Shown here one piece after another: positions 39,301-52,819 of a DNA stretch of 64,000 nt (positions are counted from its first letter, which is position 1; each line of letters opens with the position of its first letter). A model generated the notes under the pieces. The model did not search any database and was not told the origin of the DNA. It saw only the letters and a program-made list of their open reading frames with translations. The stretch is from Xylographa opegraphella (taxonomy: Eukaryota), in contig JALDZX010000043.1 of assembly GCA_022813865.1 (NCBI GenBank), positions 62,001-126,000 of the forward strand. The letters are read 5' to 3'. The translations under genes and the position numbers were made by a program.

Positions 39301-39954
39301 GTGATAGTGGATTGCTGTTTACTGTCATTGCTGTTCTCAGGTAACAGCGTTGATAATGGACGGAAAGGACTCGTCGATGGCGTCGGCCTTGAGGTTTTCG
39401 GCATCAATGACTGTAGGGGACTATGGGATACAATGCCATCTCCAGGAGAGAATCTCGAGGGTACGGTACCGGCACGCGCCCTTCTGGTAGGAGTCTGGGA
39501 TGCAGTCTCGGCTGGGGGCATGAAGTCGGGAAACCCATCTTGACTCGGTGATTCGGGTATGGTTTCTCGTAAAGGTGTTGAGCCTCCACTGGCTGGAGGA
39601 CCCCAAAGATTAGGAGTGGTCAGCCCTTCTTGGGCTTGTATTTCACGTGCTCTGATGGCAAAAAAAGCGTCAGTAAGAGTGGACGTGGTGTGATATCGAT
39701 GATACTGACCGCTTTGTGTACAGACGACTCCCGAGCTCGTGAGATGGGGAACCGGCCCCAAGGCGCAAGCTACTGCTGGTCCCACTCATGGCACTGAGTC
39801 CATTGGGGTGCCCGAATGGTGAGCGGACGGTGTTCGATGGTTGTTCGATAGGCGAAGTGTTGGTAGTCGAAGCACCCGATATTGGCTGAGTGGCGGATAT
39901 CTGAGGGAGGTAATTAAGATTGAGATGATGCTCTGGTTTCGACGCCATTGGCAT
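36321..39954 (-). CDS. RRM plus Pumilio-repeat RNA-binding protein, Jsn1/Puf1-Puf2 family, 3 exons
   Basis: RALWLGNIP..CGFVNY RRM; PUF repeats DYLGNTVVQKLFE, HKNGTWAAQK, DQYGNYVLQCCL; first exon 39954 to about 39710 joins KR-AREIQAQEG; tiny last exon R*. Confidence 0.9.
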
Positions 39955-42193
39955 GATAGCACCTTGACTGGCGACTATATGTCGCAGCGTTCAATCGGTG
40001 GCTTGCCCGTAATGTAGTCTTACGGTAGGCCTCGTCGGCCGACTTTCGTGCTCCGTGGATAAATTTGGTTATCGCAACCCGAAGAAAGATTTAAGGCGAA
40101 TTTGTACAACGAATGGTATCCTGTCCCCAAAGTGTAAAGACGGTGACGAGGTGTGTAATTAGGACCGACTGCCGTGATGCGTACGATATTCCTCCCAAAT
40201 CGTCCTACGCTTGTGGTGCCAATAGACCTTCGCACAGCGCAACAACTAGCACCGAATAGGCTGTATATCGTGTTCACAAGCTCCAATGCCCTCCAACACA
40301 GTATGCGTCACGGATGGGACGAGGTGGTGGATGATTCGGGCGTAGGTTCGTGAGTGGAGCGCTAATGGTCGAGTTTAGGACGTAAAGCGTGGTTGTTTCG
40401 AACGGAAGAGGTGGAGAAAATGAATCCAGCACCGACGGAGAAAGTCAGCTTCGACCTGCGCGAGCGACGTCTGTGGGTGCAAGGTGGAAGGGATCAGTTG
40501 CAAGCAGAGTCGCAAAGCAGGAGTTCCGCCGGATCTCGATCCGAAAGCGAGGAGCTGCAAGGAGAATTGAAGTCGAGGACCAGGACTCTTTTTCGTTTGG
40601 AGCCAGGGAGGTTTTGAAATTGAAATTAGAGTATTAGGCACTGATGGGCAGTGGGCAGTGCTCGAGTGCTTGGGACCACAAGTAAGGAGTGTTAGTCAGA
40701 ACGGGGGACAAGAGAAAAGGACGAAGACTACGGCGTGCGAGTAAGCTCGTGTGGTTGTTCGTCAGGAGTCGGGACGAAAGTTGCAAAGATGCTGTTCGCA
40801 ATCCTGAGCCTTGGCCGCACTAGCGTGGAATAGGATACCATAGTCTCTCTCTCTCTCTCTTACATCGTACTCTTGCTTCTCTCTTGCTCTCTTTCCTATC
40901 TACGGGATATCGACTCTCCGCTACTGTTCTGCCGGCGGTTGCGGGGATTAAGGGATGGGCGATGGGCGATGGGCGATGGGGGAGGGATGGGATTCTTGCT
41001 TCATCCGTTCACCTTGCCAATCATGGACCGACGAACGCAGGCATGATGTGACGGGGCAGGCTGGCGGGCGAGTGCATAGTTTACGTCCAGCACGGCGGAG
41101 CAGTACTGGCAAGATGGCATCTTTGCCAAACACGTATCGTCCGCTTCCTGCCAGTGGCCAAGTCTGCGGCGTGAGAGCGACACTGAAACCACCACGGCAA
41201 GGCATAATCAGGAAGAGGCTTCTGCTCTGGTCTTGCTAGTACTACCCAAGGGACTATTGGATACCTACAATATCCCCGTGCCTTGCGTGACCAACCGGAC
41301 GTGAACCGCGCGATGTCGTCCACCTCGACCTCCACCGACGCTCTATGGCAATGTAGGCACCAGCGCAACCGTCCGCAGTGGCTGGACTGTTTTGTTCGCT
41401 TGGCTCCGGGGAGTTACCCCCATCCTCATCGAACAAAGGTCTGCAACGACCTCATGAAGGCCACGTTAGAAATTAAGAATACGGAGGACGGCGTTAGCGC
41501 CAGTTCTGAAACACTTCGATCCCTGCCAAGACGCCAAGACGCCAAGTCGTTCGCCCCCTGTTTTTGCCCCTCTCGCTCGAGAGTCCGAGCAGATCCTTCC
41601 AGCCCTGCGACCTTCGGCCCGAGCGTGCAAACTACTGTGGTAGCATGCATAATAATTGTTAGTTCGACGCCAGTGATCTCTTACTTCATATGGCTAGAGT
41701 CCATTAGAGTCTATTCAATTTAATGAGGGCTTACGTCTACCATTGTTATACACACACTAAACACAGCAGAAGGGGTGAATATACTGTAGAATTCTAGTAG
41801 GTTCCACAGCAGGGGTTTTGGCGCGGCACTAACAATTATTACGCCTGCAATCACAGTAATCAATTTGTTCAACCGATTCAGATTCGTTCCCGACGTAGAT
41901 GGTCAAACGGTCAACAAAGTCAACGGTTAATGGTCAACAATCATCAATAGGCACTGATTCGCTGATTCGTATCCCTATTGGTGCCAGTGCCCATTTTTGT
42001 TGTATTGCCACAAATACTGCTTGTGATCTTTCCTGAACCTCCGTACGTAGTTAGATCTACTCCACAATGCGCAAATCGTAAATGGGCGGAAATTTCATAG
42101 TCAAGCTGTGGCGGTGATGTCCTGGAATCATCACACTACCGCCCAAGTATGAGATAGGTGCAGCCCACGGTGGAGATCGTGTCTGTTCACACA

Positions 42194-43820
42194 ATGTCTG
42201 AAGATCCGCAGCCAAAATCTGTCCAGCGTCTGGAAGCAGACACATCGTCGTCGGAAGATGAGAGAGGCTGCGAGGTTGCGGTTGAATCATTGGTCGCGGG
42301 ACGAAGCAAGCGCGTCACTGCTGGAAATCGGCTTTCTTCTCTGCTGGAGAAAGAGGCGGATGATGAGCTGGAGCTACTATTCGCGGAAGATGAGGAAGAA
42401 GAGGACGTCGAATTTGAAGGAGAAGACGGAGACGATGCTTCTGATGCTCAGCTCGACTCGTCATCCGACGACGAGGACCAAGGCCCAGCACCGGTTGGCG
42501 ATGACTTGGAAGGAGAAAAGGAGCTGCAGCAGCAGGACAAGGCCGAGCGTCAAAAGAAGCGAAAGGCTCAAGAGATCTACAAGAGACCTCCGGCTCTGAA
42601 GTCCAACGTCAAGATGGGCCCTGCAGCAGCGTCAGGACCAGTCACGCCCGCCACCCGAGCAAAGAAGAAGTCGGAGCGTGTCTCTTGGTTACCGACGCCA
42701 GACGAAGGTCCTGTCCGATCTTCATCTCGGAAACAGACCATTCAGAATAAGGAGGTGGTTCATCAACGAATGCAGGAGAACGAAAAGCGTCGTCGCCGGC
42801 AAATCTCAGTCATGGAAGCAGCAGCGAAAAGGAAAGAGGCGGCCAAGGCGAAAGTCATGACTCAGGCCGATCGAATGGCCGAAGCTGCCCGGACGGAGAA
42901 GAGAAACGCAAAGAGCCTGAACAAGTGGGAGGAGACTGAGCAGAAACGCGTCGAGGAGCAGAAGGCACGTCTTGCCGCTTTGCAAAACCGCCAGCTCCAG
43001 GGACCTGTGATAACCTGGTGGAGTGGACCATCCAAGTGGATCGATGGGACGTTGGCCGCCGTTGGAGCCAAGCACCTTGATGAAGGGAACCAAACTACTA
43101 TTCGAGTTGAAGAGCTCACTGTTCGCCCGGTCTCGCAGTCTACACCACTCCTCACAGACCATAAAGATCCTCCAGATGTAATGATGACCGACGCAATTTC
43201 GGTGTCTCAACCACAAGCACCCACTATCTCATCGGACACTACTACTCCTTCTATGCCACCACCTGCTTCACAGCTTTTCTCTGCTCCCGTCCAAGCCGCA
43301 CCGGCATTTCTCGATGGTATACACTACTATGCAGCTCTCCCACAGTATCAGCAATCGGAGACCGGACCCACAACAGGCCACCAACCAGGCCAGGTAGAAC
43401 AATCCGCACCGGTGTCCGAAATACCTCTATCTATCACAGAGTACTCGGCACGGAATCTTATCATTCTAGAGAATATTGACGGCAATGCGACTCGGCTTCC
43501 CGAGCTACACAATCATATCCTACTACGAAAGAAAACGCCCAAGCTTCAGAGTCGGTTCATCTTGGTCATTGAAGGTCATTGGTGATGCTCATGCTAACCA
43601 ATCAATAGAAGCCACGCACGAAATGTGTGCGATCACCGGCCATCCGGCCAGGTTCCGTGATCCTAAGACTGGCCTGCCTTACGCCAACTCGTACGCGTAC
43701 AAGGAGATCCAAAAGCTCTGCAGCGGTGGCTCTCGGTGGAGCAGCCTGCTAGGGTGCTACGTAGGTCCCGTCGCCAGCGCTGCCAGAGGCGTCCCAGATC
43801 AGTTCTACAAGAGCACATGA
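42194..43820 (+). CDS. VPS72: SWR1 complex subunit Vps72/Swc2 (YL1 family), 2 exons
   Basis: RSKRVTAGNRLSSLLE N-terminal YL1 motif, acidic tract, MTQADRMAEA, and YL1-C domain CAITGHPARFRDPKTGLPYAN; intron 43551-43608. Confidence 0.9.
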
Positions 43821-45096
43821 CTGAGAGGTACGAGGAAGCTACCCCAGGTCCTCGGACGTGTCACTACGGGTAGATGCATCTCCGTGAACAACGAGTCACC
43901 AGCAGACGCCTTAAGGCACCTTGCGCGACAAAGAACGTTGCAAGTGCACCCAGAGTCGCACCATCCGGGGGGAGGCAATGACGGCGACAGAACCCCAAAG
44001 CGCGGTTCTGCGCACTCCATGCGCAAGTAAGCTTGGAGCGCTGGAAGGCGACAATGGGTTATTTGAATCGACGGACTGGCGTGGCCGGAAGTTCCGGGGG
44101 AAATGGAAAAAGATTTTCTCCAGGTTTCGGATGGAATGGAAGCAAAGAAAAGTCTTCCTCGTTCCTTGCAGATGAGGTTCTAGCGATCCAATCCCACGAG
44201 TAGCCGCAAGCCAATGCGATGGGACCCTAACTACCGTAGAGGCGCTTCGAGGTCTGGAGACCGCATCATTATTGCAGCTTCTGCACTTCGAGCTCAGCAA
44301 ATGACACAAACGTTGCTTGTGATGCAGATATTGCGCTATTTCATTTCCTTTACCGCATCATGGCTGCAGAATTCTTCACACGCCGGAGGAGAAACGACTC
44401 AAACTCGAGCAGGATTCCAATCAGGGATGTCGGTGAAACTGGTGAAGGAGAACTTGCATCGATGGTCATGATGGTCCACCAAGACCACCATAGCCGGCGG
44501 TTCGCCCACGATGGTCACGATAGTGCCACATACAGTAGGACTACGAATGTAGATAGACAAAGCAAGACATGCATCTTGATGTTGTTCAAGGCTAGAGCAG
44601 CACACGACTGACAAAGACCATTCGCACCAATAAAGGAAGTCCGGTGTGGTTGGTCTCAGCCCGCAAGCCCACGAGTCACGATCGGATTGTGATTGTTATT
44701 TTATCTCCGCAGTCGGAGGTCAGCAACAACACAATCATCGTCTTTGATATGGGCCTCGGCCACCAACCCTCAATGCCGCTTGCCGTGATCTTGCACTGCA
44801 AAACTTAACTCTCTCCATCCCTCGTCCTCGAAACTAATCATGGATGAAGCATATGCGATCTTCCGATAAGCTACCTCCCTCCTAGGACAACCGCATCTCC
44901 CCAAATCCCGCTCTGACTTGACACGGGCGTCTCTACCCACTGAGCACGATCAGCTGCAGTAGGCCTTTGGCACTGGGAACTCTACCGTCCGGTTGCATCG
45001 TCCTTTCCCACGTCGATCCAAGACCTGTCTGTCCACCAGCCCCATAAAGAGCCAGGGATAGCCTCACCGCTATCTCGGTTCCCCTCGGTGGATTCC

Positions 45097-46200
45097 ATGA
45101 CATCTATCCACCATGCCCACCACCACCGTTCACCCCCTTGCCTGAAGAAGACCACAGTCAAGTCTCATCGTCCTGCTTTGTCCAAGTCTCTGGGCAGCCC
45201 TAAGCTTGCCGGCAAAGCTGGGAAGAACAAGCTCGCTGAGGAGCACCTCGAGACCGCGGAAGAGGACGACGATATGGCTGCGAGTTTCTTGCAATACTGG
45301 TATGTGGACGATCATCGGGGTGTGGGAGGACTTGGAGCTGATGATTTACCAGTGCCATGTGCGAGAAACAGATCATCGTTCCTAACAATTCTATTCTTTA
45401 CTGCTCTGAGAGGTACGGAGCACAGTCTTGATACCCCACCTTCCTCAGACACCTATCGACAAGCTAACATGCCATTCACAAGTTGTCGTCGCAAAGACGG
45501 AAACAAAACCTCTCCAGCAGACGCATACCTGAGAGGCTACAATACGATCATGCCTGCATTTTCCGAGCCAGCGGACGTCTTCGGCCTGACTACCCGCTCC
45601 ATTGTCGCTCGCAGAAGACCCACGGTGCTATCAACCGATGTTTCGAAACCTCCCCTCCTCCACCACTTCAAGTCGGATCTTGACCCAACCGAATGGAAGC
45701 CGGATTCGATTCACCGTTCAGCCTCGGAGGCGAACAATTACCTTTCGCAGTTCCATGGCTCCTCCCCCGGTGTGACCAAGACTCGTCGTCCGGCTTTGAA
45801 TGGCAGGAGCACTACATCCGCGCTTATCATGGCTCAAGTGGCTCCGAGTCTAAGCCACACTCCTACCACAAGCTTGACCTCGTCCGAGGGAAGCATCGCT
45901 GGAACGCCGTATGAGTTCGTGGCGAGCATTGACACGTCCGAGGGCCACGGTACTCTGTGCTCTATCTCGACCTCTGCCAAAACCGTGGAAGTTGTAGCAC
46001 CGGTTGTAGCCGATGGTAGCCCGCCTTCTCCGATCAAGGAGACCAAGCTCATCAAGAAGAGCCACGCAAGCCCTATCATTGGAGACCTGGTCTACGAGAA
46101 GAAGTGGGTTCCGGGCAGCGTTGAGCATGTTACCGGGAGTTTGAAGAAGTTGCTCTATCTGCAGCAGATTGGCGAGGTCGGCGGATCAGCCGAGATGTGA
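45097..46200 (+). CDS. Ecl1-family life-span regulatory factor-like zinc protein, 3 exons
   Basis: Splicing two GT-AG introns gives FLQYCAMCEKQIIVPNNSILYCSESCRRKD (C-x2-C...YCS-x2-C), followed by a Ser/Thr-rich tail. Confidence 0.8.
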   Translation: MTSIHHAHHHRSPPCLKKTTVKSHRPALSKSLGSPKLAGKAGKNKLAEEHLETAEEDDDMAASFLQYWYVDDHRGVGGLGADDLPVPCARNRSSFLTILFFTALRGTEHSLDTPPSSDTYRQANMPFTSCRRKDGNKTSPADAYLRGYNTIMPAFSEPADVFGLTTRSIVARRRPTVLSTDVSKPPLLHHFKSDLDPTEWKPDSIHRSASEANNYLSQFHGSSPGVTKTRRPALNGRSTTSALIMAQVAPSLSHTPTTSLTSSEGSIAGTPYEFVASIDTSEGHGTLCSISTSAKTVEVVAPVVADGSPPSPIKETKLIKKSHASPIIGDLVYEKKWVPGSVEHVTGSLKKLLYLQQIGEVGGSAEM

Positions 46201-47511
46201 GGCCGGAGATTGGAGTTCTGGTATCGACCTGCTAAGTGTGGGAGCAATGGCCAAGATCTCCCTAGGATCTGCAAAAGGTAGACGTCCATCAAGGCCAGCT
46301 CCAACACTTGCTTTCCATACCAAGGCACTCCTCTTGCTGCAGCCGGCTTCCGCATGCGCTTTCACTTCTCAAACAAACTTCCATGCCGCCTCCCTCACTG
46401 GCCGTTCACCTCGACAACTTCCTGCTTCAAAAGTTTGGGTGGTACTTTGGCATGAGCGAGCCTCCTGCTACAAATTTCACATTGCTTTCACCTGCTGCCA
46501 GGAAAACTCGTCAGCTAGCTAATTACCTGAGGTACTGATAGTCGAACCAATACTGCTAGCATGACCTGTCCCGCGTAATTGGCTCGATGTGACGTGACCG
46601 TGGTGTAGACCTACCTGCCTTTGCTGCCTTCCCTGCCTGTGACACCTGTGCCTGCGTCCGTATCATCCCGCGCTGTACCGCTGCCTCGCCGCAGATCCCC
46701 ACCACCCCCATCTCCCTTCCCGAAGCCTTCCTTCCTAACCGCGAAGGCCCGGCGACCGCTCCGGCCCTGAGAGTGGAACGTCGCACGGCCGGGCCGCTGG
46801 CGGAAGGGCGCGTCACTCACTTGACGAATCTGTGTCCGCGTCTGGGACGCTTCCAGCGATGGAGAAGGAGTCGACGTCGTCAATTGGTGATTTGCACCTC
46901 TTTTTTCTTCTCGTCGGCTTTCGGATACTGTGACTTGCTCGGTCAGTACATGTGATGCTTTTATGTCCGTTAATGTGGGCTGCGCGATACGGAGTACACA
47001 TCAGTCTCCTTAATAGGGACAGTAGTGACGCGTGCGCGAGGTTGTTGGCCTGTGGTTTGGGCTTTCAGAGCGCGTGGTCGCTAGGACGATTCCGCTGCGT
47101 GGGCGAGGGGGGCAAAGGTCGGTGATGGGTCGGGTGCAGTGGTCGTTTTGTCCGGTGTGGGCTACGTGCCTTTGAAGGCCGGTGGTCACTACCTTAGTCA
47201 TACGCATGGGTGCGAGAATTTGATATCACAGTTCACGAGCGATCACCAAAACACCGCAATTGGCCATGGGAAGGGTTACCAATATCGTTGTGATTGATGG
47301 GAGGATAAGAATAAGCCGCCCCCGCCCCCGCCCCCGGGTTTTCCTATGTACAGATGCAGTGACGGAAGCCATCCCAGCTTGACTCCGAATGTTCTATGTA
47401 CCGTCCTCGCGTCTCGTGGGTATCTCAAATCGATATGCTCCTTCCGTATTATCCATCATGCCGATGCATACCTCCCGCTTATGATGGTTGTCGCCTGGAC
47501 CTCTCCGGGCG

Positions 47512-48816
47512 CTACAGCGCGGGCTGCGGAGTGATCCGCCGCTTGCTGCTGTCGTACTCGCTGCCGAGGTCGGTGGTTTCGAGTTTCCTTTTCGCTCCTG
47601 CAACTCCGTTCTGTCCGTTCGTGATGCCGCCCGGAGCTGAGATGGATTGACGGGCCGCGGCGGCTTCTTGTTTGGCGGCGGCTTCGTCGGCCGCTTGTCG
47701 CTTCTTCCACTCGTCTCTGATCTTCTTCGCGTGCGCGATCAAGTCCTTCTCCGAGATCTTGTCCTGTATACTCTCGATCACACTGTTGACGGTGTCGATG
47801 TAGTTGCCTTCTTTCTTGTCGTCGCGGAAGCGCATGAACCGCCATCGATTGTGGTGGTCCTGGTAGCATTCGACGATCCGTTCATCAAGCGGCTCGTTCA
47901 GAGCTTTCATATGTTCCCATTCGCTCTGTTCCACGTACATGCTCCCGTAGTGCTGGTAGACCCCACCTCCCACCATGACCGAGAGATTGAAGACTGGCAT
48001 GACCGAGTAGTCGGGATAGGGATCGAGTATTCCGTCGCGTTCGTCCTCGGAGTCTGGATCTAACTTGGGGAATTGAAGATTCAGCACGAAGTCTACCGAG
48101 TTCTCCGTCTCTTTTTTCCATTTCAGGATATGGGGGTCTGTGCCGGGCTTGTACGGCGAGTTTCGGCAGGTAAAGATCAGACCATCATTTCCATGCGGTA
48201 GCCCGGGCAATATCTCACGGAACATCATCTCGATTCCATAGCTGAACTCCATCTTCTTGGCTTCAACGATGAATGGAAGGTATTGAATTTCTTCGGGATA
48301 TTTGGTGTAGAGTGATTTGTAAGGTTTGTGGACCTTGTTCTGAAAGTATGCCAGGCGCTTATCCAGTGTCCGATGCATCAAGCTGCTCCCGTCCAACACC
48401 ATGCAGTCAAACACAAGATATCTGAGCTGAATGGAACCATTGCCTTCCGTGTCATTCACCAACTCCCCATCGACCAACGTACCCATGTGGAACAGCTTTT
48501 CATCGTCCGGAACCGGGAAATGTAAACCTTGGACGTGATAGTAATCGTTTTTGCGATCGATCAGGTATGTAACTTCCCAAGGACCGTCGTTGGTGAGGTA
48601 CATCAGACACCTGATGCCGTCCGACTTCTCACATACGTAGTAGTCCTGCTTTTGGAGCTCGAGAAGATGTCTCGCTGCGAAACTGACAGGTTGTGCGCCC
48701 GGGAAGCTTTTGTTGTCGCGGCCTAGAAGGCGTGCAACCTCTTCTCGCAATGTCGACAGAAGCGGTCCAGACGCCTTTGCGCCAGGTATCGTAGGTGGTG
48801 GCGCCGAACCGCCCAT
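47512..48816 (-). CDS. CEG1: mRNA capping enzyme alpha subunit (guanylyltransferase)
   Basis: FPGAQPVSF, YYVCEKSDGIR (KxDG), TLVDGELV, DGLIF, LKWK and WRFMRFRDDK nucleotidyltransferase motifs; intronless. Confidence 0.96.
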   Translation of the reverse strand: MGGSAPPPTIPGAKASGPLLSTLREEVARLLGRDNKSFPGAQPVSFAARHLLELQKQDYYVCEKSDGIRCLMYLTNDGPWEVTYLIDRKNDYYHVQGLHFPVPDDEKLFHMGTLVDGELVNDTEGNGSIQLRYLVFDCMVLDGSSLMHRTLDKRLAYFQNKVHKPYKSLYTKYPEEIQYLPFIVEAKKMEFSYGIEMMFREILPGLPHGNDGLIFTCRNSPYKPGTDPHILKWKKETENSVDFVLNLQFPKLDPDSEDERDGILDPYPDYSVMPVFNLSVMVGGGVYQHYGSMYVEQSEWEHMKALNEPLDERIVECYQDHHNRWRFMRFRDDKKEGNYIDTVNSVIESIQDKISEKDLIAHAKKIRDEWKKRQAADEAAAKQEAAAARQSISAPGGITNGQNGVAGAKRKLETTDLGSEYDSSKRRITPQPAL

Positions 48817-49992
48817 GTTGAGAAGTGTGAAGGGAAGCTCGTCTGTAAATATGAGAGCGCCGAAGCGCAAGCAGCTCACGACTCAAAATAAGCCAGACGC
48901 TGGGAGGATGCGAAGTGTCTACTCAGAAACCTTGACTGGAACGCGATGTGTTTGAGCCAGCGTGTGCTCTATCTCGTTTGGTCACGACATTCTGGCAAAA
49001 GGGAGGTAAAGAATAATAGCGAGCAGATCGCATGCAGCCATTGATGATTTTCGGGATCGGCTTCTTCAGCACACACCGACACCTGTTCAGTGGACAATGA
49101 ATCCTCCAGAAGTCGGTCGGAGGAGAACAATAGCAATAGCAATAATAGCAATAGCAATTGCAAGACTTGCCAAAACGGTCAATAGCGGATGACTAAGCGG
49201 GCCCACCTGAGATGAAACAGCGCGGACACGATCGGGGGAAGAATGGAGCCTCGAGAGTCCTCGTGATAGCTGTTTCTCAAAGCTACAACTTGAGTCCGTC
49301 GTGCCTGTTGATGCAATATCATTCATATCGTGATCAAGTCTGACTGCTGGCTTTCTCGAGTTGTTTTAGACTGACATTGGCCCTTCCATTGGACACGAAT
49401 CCCAGCCGAACCAAGAAAATCTTCCCATTTCCCCTCTCACCCGCGACCAACCAGGACGAACGAACGAAGCCTTTGAAACCAAACGACAACCACAGCCCGG
49501 TCATCACTCATTCGCAGCTCTCAAGGATTTGCAAGGGACACAAGGGCTAATAGCGTTCAAGCCCGAGGCACAAGGCGGGTCCGGCTTACCGCTGCTTGAT
49601 GCATTCCGGGGTTTCGGCATCTCACCATTAGCATTATTGATTTGACTGACACCCACACGCCGAGCGCCGGACATGCGCGACTTCTTTGTGCCCAGTCAGA
49701 TTAACGATAATCTGGTATGTGATTCCTTTGATCTAGCCCCGATTCAAAAGCACTGCGTCGTTCTTGACTACCCAGCTTCGCTGAATTGCGCAAAACCCTT
49801 CGCGCTGCTGTGCGCTGCAGCTGGCGCCTCCAGAGGGAGGCTCTGCGCTGGCCATCGGTAGCTCACATGGCAACGCGAAGTCATTGAAGCATCTAGCTAA
49901 TATTGGCCTCATAGAGAGCTCGTGATGGTTGGGCTCTTTGAGTAGATCAACGACCGAGACATCGCCGCGCATCCCCTCGACCACCCATCTAC

Positions 49993-52819
49993 ATGACCAT
50001 GCCATCTCCCCTTCCGTCGGCCTCAATGTTGAACGGCGTCCACACACCAACGCCGACGCAAAACGGGTCGATAGAAGAAGAAGGAAGCACCGCTGTTCAT
50101 GGCACTGACATACCTACCAGCAATGGTGCTTCGCCACACACGCCGCCAGCAGACCCATCCACTGCAAAAACCATCGAGGAAGGAAAGCAGAAAGCGAAGG
50201 CCATAATGGCCGCCTCTGCCAACTCCGACCCGCCTCCGTTGGACAGTGTGACAGAAGTAGAGCAGACCTCATCTCCAGAAGCGATCACAAACCATTCAAA
50301 TGGCTCTGAAAAAAGCAGAAAACGCTCTCGATCGGGTACACGGATATCACAAATTTCACAACATGTACCTGTGAATAGAACATCTCCCACACCAGAGGAA
50401 CGTAAGAGGGCTTACAACATGAATCTCGAGAAATATGTCAATCGCCACATGGTTCATGAAGCCGCAGAGTACAGCATGATCAAAGCCCAGGAAGCGCTCA
50501 TTGATGCCAAGTTGGACGAGAAGAATTGGTATCGAAGTCTAGATCGTAAACGCGAAAGACAGCTGAACCCAGGAGCTGTCTTTGGCTATGGATATGCCGG
50601 ATATGGAAATGGTGTCACGAATATCCACCACGGCCCGAGTAAAATCATATACCCTGGCGATGCCGAGCGTAAACGTCCCGGAGGAAGGAAGACAAGAGAG
50701 CTCAAGGTTCTTCGGAAGGATCGTGCGACCCAAGCCGAGCAAGTGGATGAGCTCGTTCCAATCCGTTTGGATATCGAGTGGGACAAAATTAGACTGCGCG
50801 ACACTTTCACCTGGAACATCCACGACCGCGTCGTTCCGTTGGATCTGTTTGCTGAGAAATTAGTGGATGATTTTAACCTTCCACTTGAACAGTGTCAACC
50901 TGTGGTGCAGCAAGTTTGTGCTGCTATGCAGGAACAGATTCAAGACTTTCACCCTCATGTCTTCATTCAAGAGGATGCTCTTGATCCACATCTGGCTTAC
51001 CATGCATATAAGAACGATGAAATGCGAATAACGATCAAGCTGAACATCACCATCGGTCAGCACACGTTGGTTGACCAATTTGAATGGGAAATTAATGATC
51101 CCCAAAATGTACCAGAAGAATTTGCGAGACAAATGGCACGTGACCTATCTTTGAGTGGAGAATTCACCACCGCAATAGCGCATTCCATACGCGAACAAAG
51201 CCAGCTTTTTACTAGAAGCTTGTATGTAACTGGCCATCCATTTGATGGCCGACCGATTGAGGACCAAGAGCTCAAGGCAAGCTTTCTGGCTTCGCCGCTA
51301 CCATCCACATTCCGGCCATTCCAGGCTGCCAAGGAGTACACCCCTTATTTGTATGAATTGAACGAGATCGAACTAGAAAAGACGGAATTGTCGCTTTCCC
51401 GAGAGGAGCGGCGGCAGAAACGTTCTGTGAATCGCCGAGGTGGTCCAGCTCTTCCAGATTTGAAAGATCGGCGGCGTACGATACGAACTCTTGTTGTTTC
51501 TTCTGTCCTTCCGGGCGCCGCAGACACGATCGAGGATAGTAGAATTTTTAAACGTACTGCGACTTCCTCGGGGAAGGGTCGGCGACCCGGTCTGGGCAAC
51601 AGAGATGGCGGTGACGACTCCGATGACTCTGAGAGTGAAGACTCGTCGCCAGATTCCCCAGCGATTCAATCACATCTGCTAGCAGGTACTGCGCGAACAC
51701 GGGGTATGAGAGGCGCAGCATCAGCAGCCCAGGCCGCAATGCGCGCTACAATTGGAAGGTCCGCGACACCTGAGACTTCCGCTCTTCATCACCACGAGAC
51801 ACGTACTTCCGGACGAAGGACGACTGGCAGAGAGTACCGGGAGGATAGCAGTATGGATCCTCCTATGACTCTCGTCATTAAACTCCGTATTCCACGGCAG
51901 AGATTTCAACAACTTCTACGGGATCAGAGAGCACGAAGTAAAGAAGATTCGCTTCAACCGCAGCAACTTAATGCTCGGCCGTCGTCCCACAGGTCTCCCA
52001 GTGCAACTTCGCTTTTGGGTAATGCCACAGCAGGTTCTATGGGCCCACCAGCCACGACTCCTAGAATGCACCAACAATCTCTCCCCGCTCAAGCAAACGG
52101 AACCAGTACTCATCAGCGACAGAAATCTGAGGATCAGGCCATGCAGCAACAGGCTCCGGCATCACAACTAGGCAGAATTGATGCACAGTGGCCACTTCCG
52201 CCGGATCAACCTGTGGTATGTCACCAATTTCTTTTGATATCTATGCTTTTTCACTTCGTTCTTCAAGTTGGGTGTCGTTGAACTGTATGGACCGTGAATT
52301 TAGACGTTGAACAGCAAATGGGTCTATGCGATATCGAAGGAGCTGTCGAAGCATAAGGTTCTCTTCATTATGTTTACGATCTTTATTTTCTGCATGTTCT
52401 TTGACTCAAGTCCAATCTCTCGCATTCCATCAATGGACGCACAGCAATGCAAGCTCGGTACTGTATTATTTAGAACCACAGAGACTAACATTCATTGATT
52501 GCAGCCACCACCACCGCAATACTTGATAGACGCACTAACCGATTTACGTGTCAAATACCCGCATGACTCTTTCGAGGGGTTTATGAGATATACCGCTGTT
52601 TCAACTATCACTGATCTCCCCATAAGTCTACGTCCTGATGCTCCTCCTCCTCCGGACACAAGGTTTTATTACTATCCACGCATAAAATGCAAAGACTGCC
52701 CGGGCAAGCTTTATACCCCGGGTCCACTGATGACAGTCGATAATTTCGAAGTTCATCTGAAGAACCGCCATCATCGAGAAAAGGTCGTTAGAAGAATGAG
52801 TGGCTTGCCAGTAGGATAA
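49993..52819 (+). CDS. SNF5: SWI/SNF subunit Snf5, 2 coding exons
   Basis: LVPIRLDIEWDKIRLRDTFTWN and LVDQFEWEIND..PEEFA..LSLSGEFTTAIAHSIREQ repeats; intron about 52216-52504; last exon RIKCKDCPGKLYTPGP..FEVHLKN. Confidence 0.93.

Noticed and set aside
43900..45050. Short ORFs between VPS72 and the Ecl1-like gene, and similar ones at 40000-42100
   Set aside because: No recognisable domains or consistent exon structure; treated as long promoter or UTR regions.
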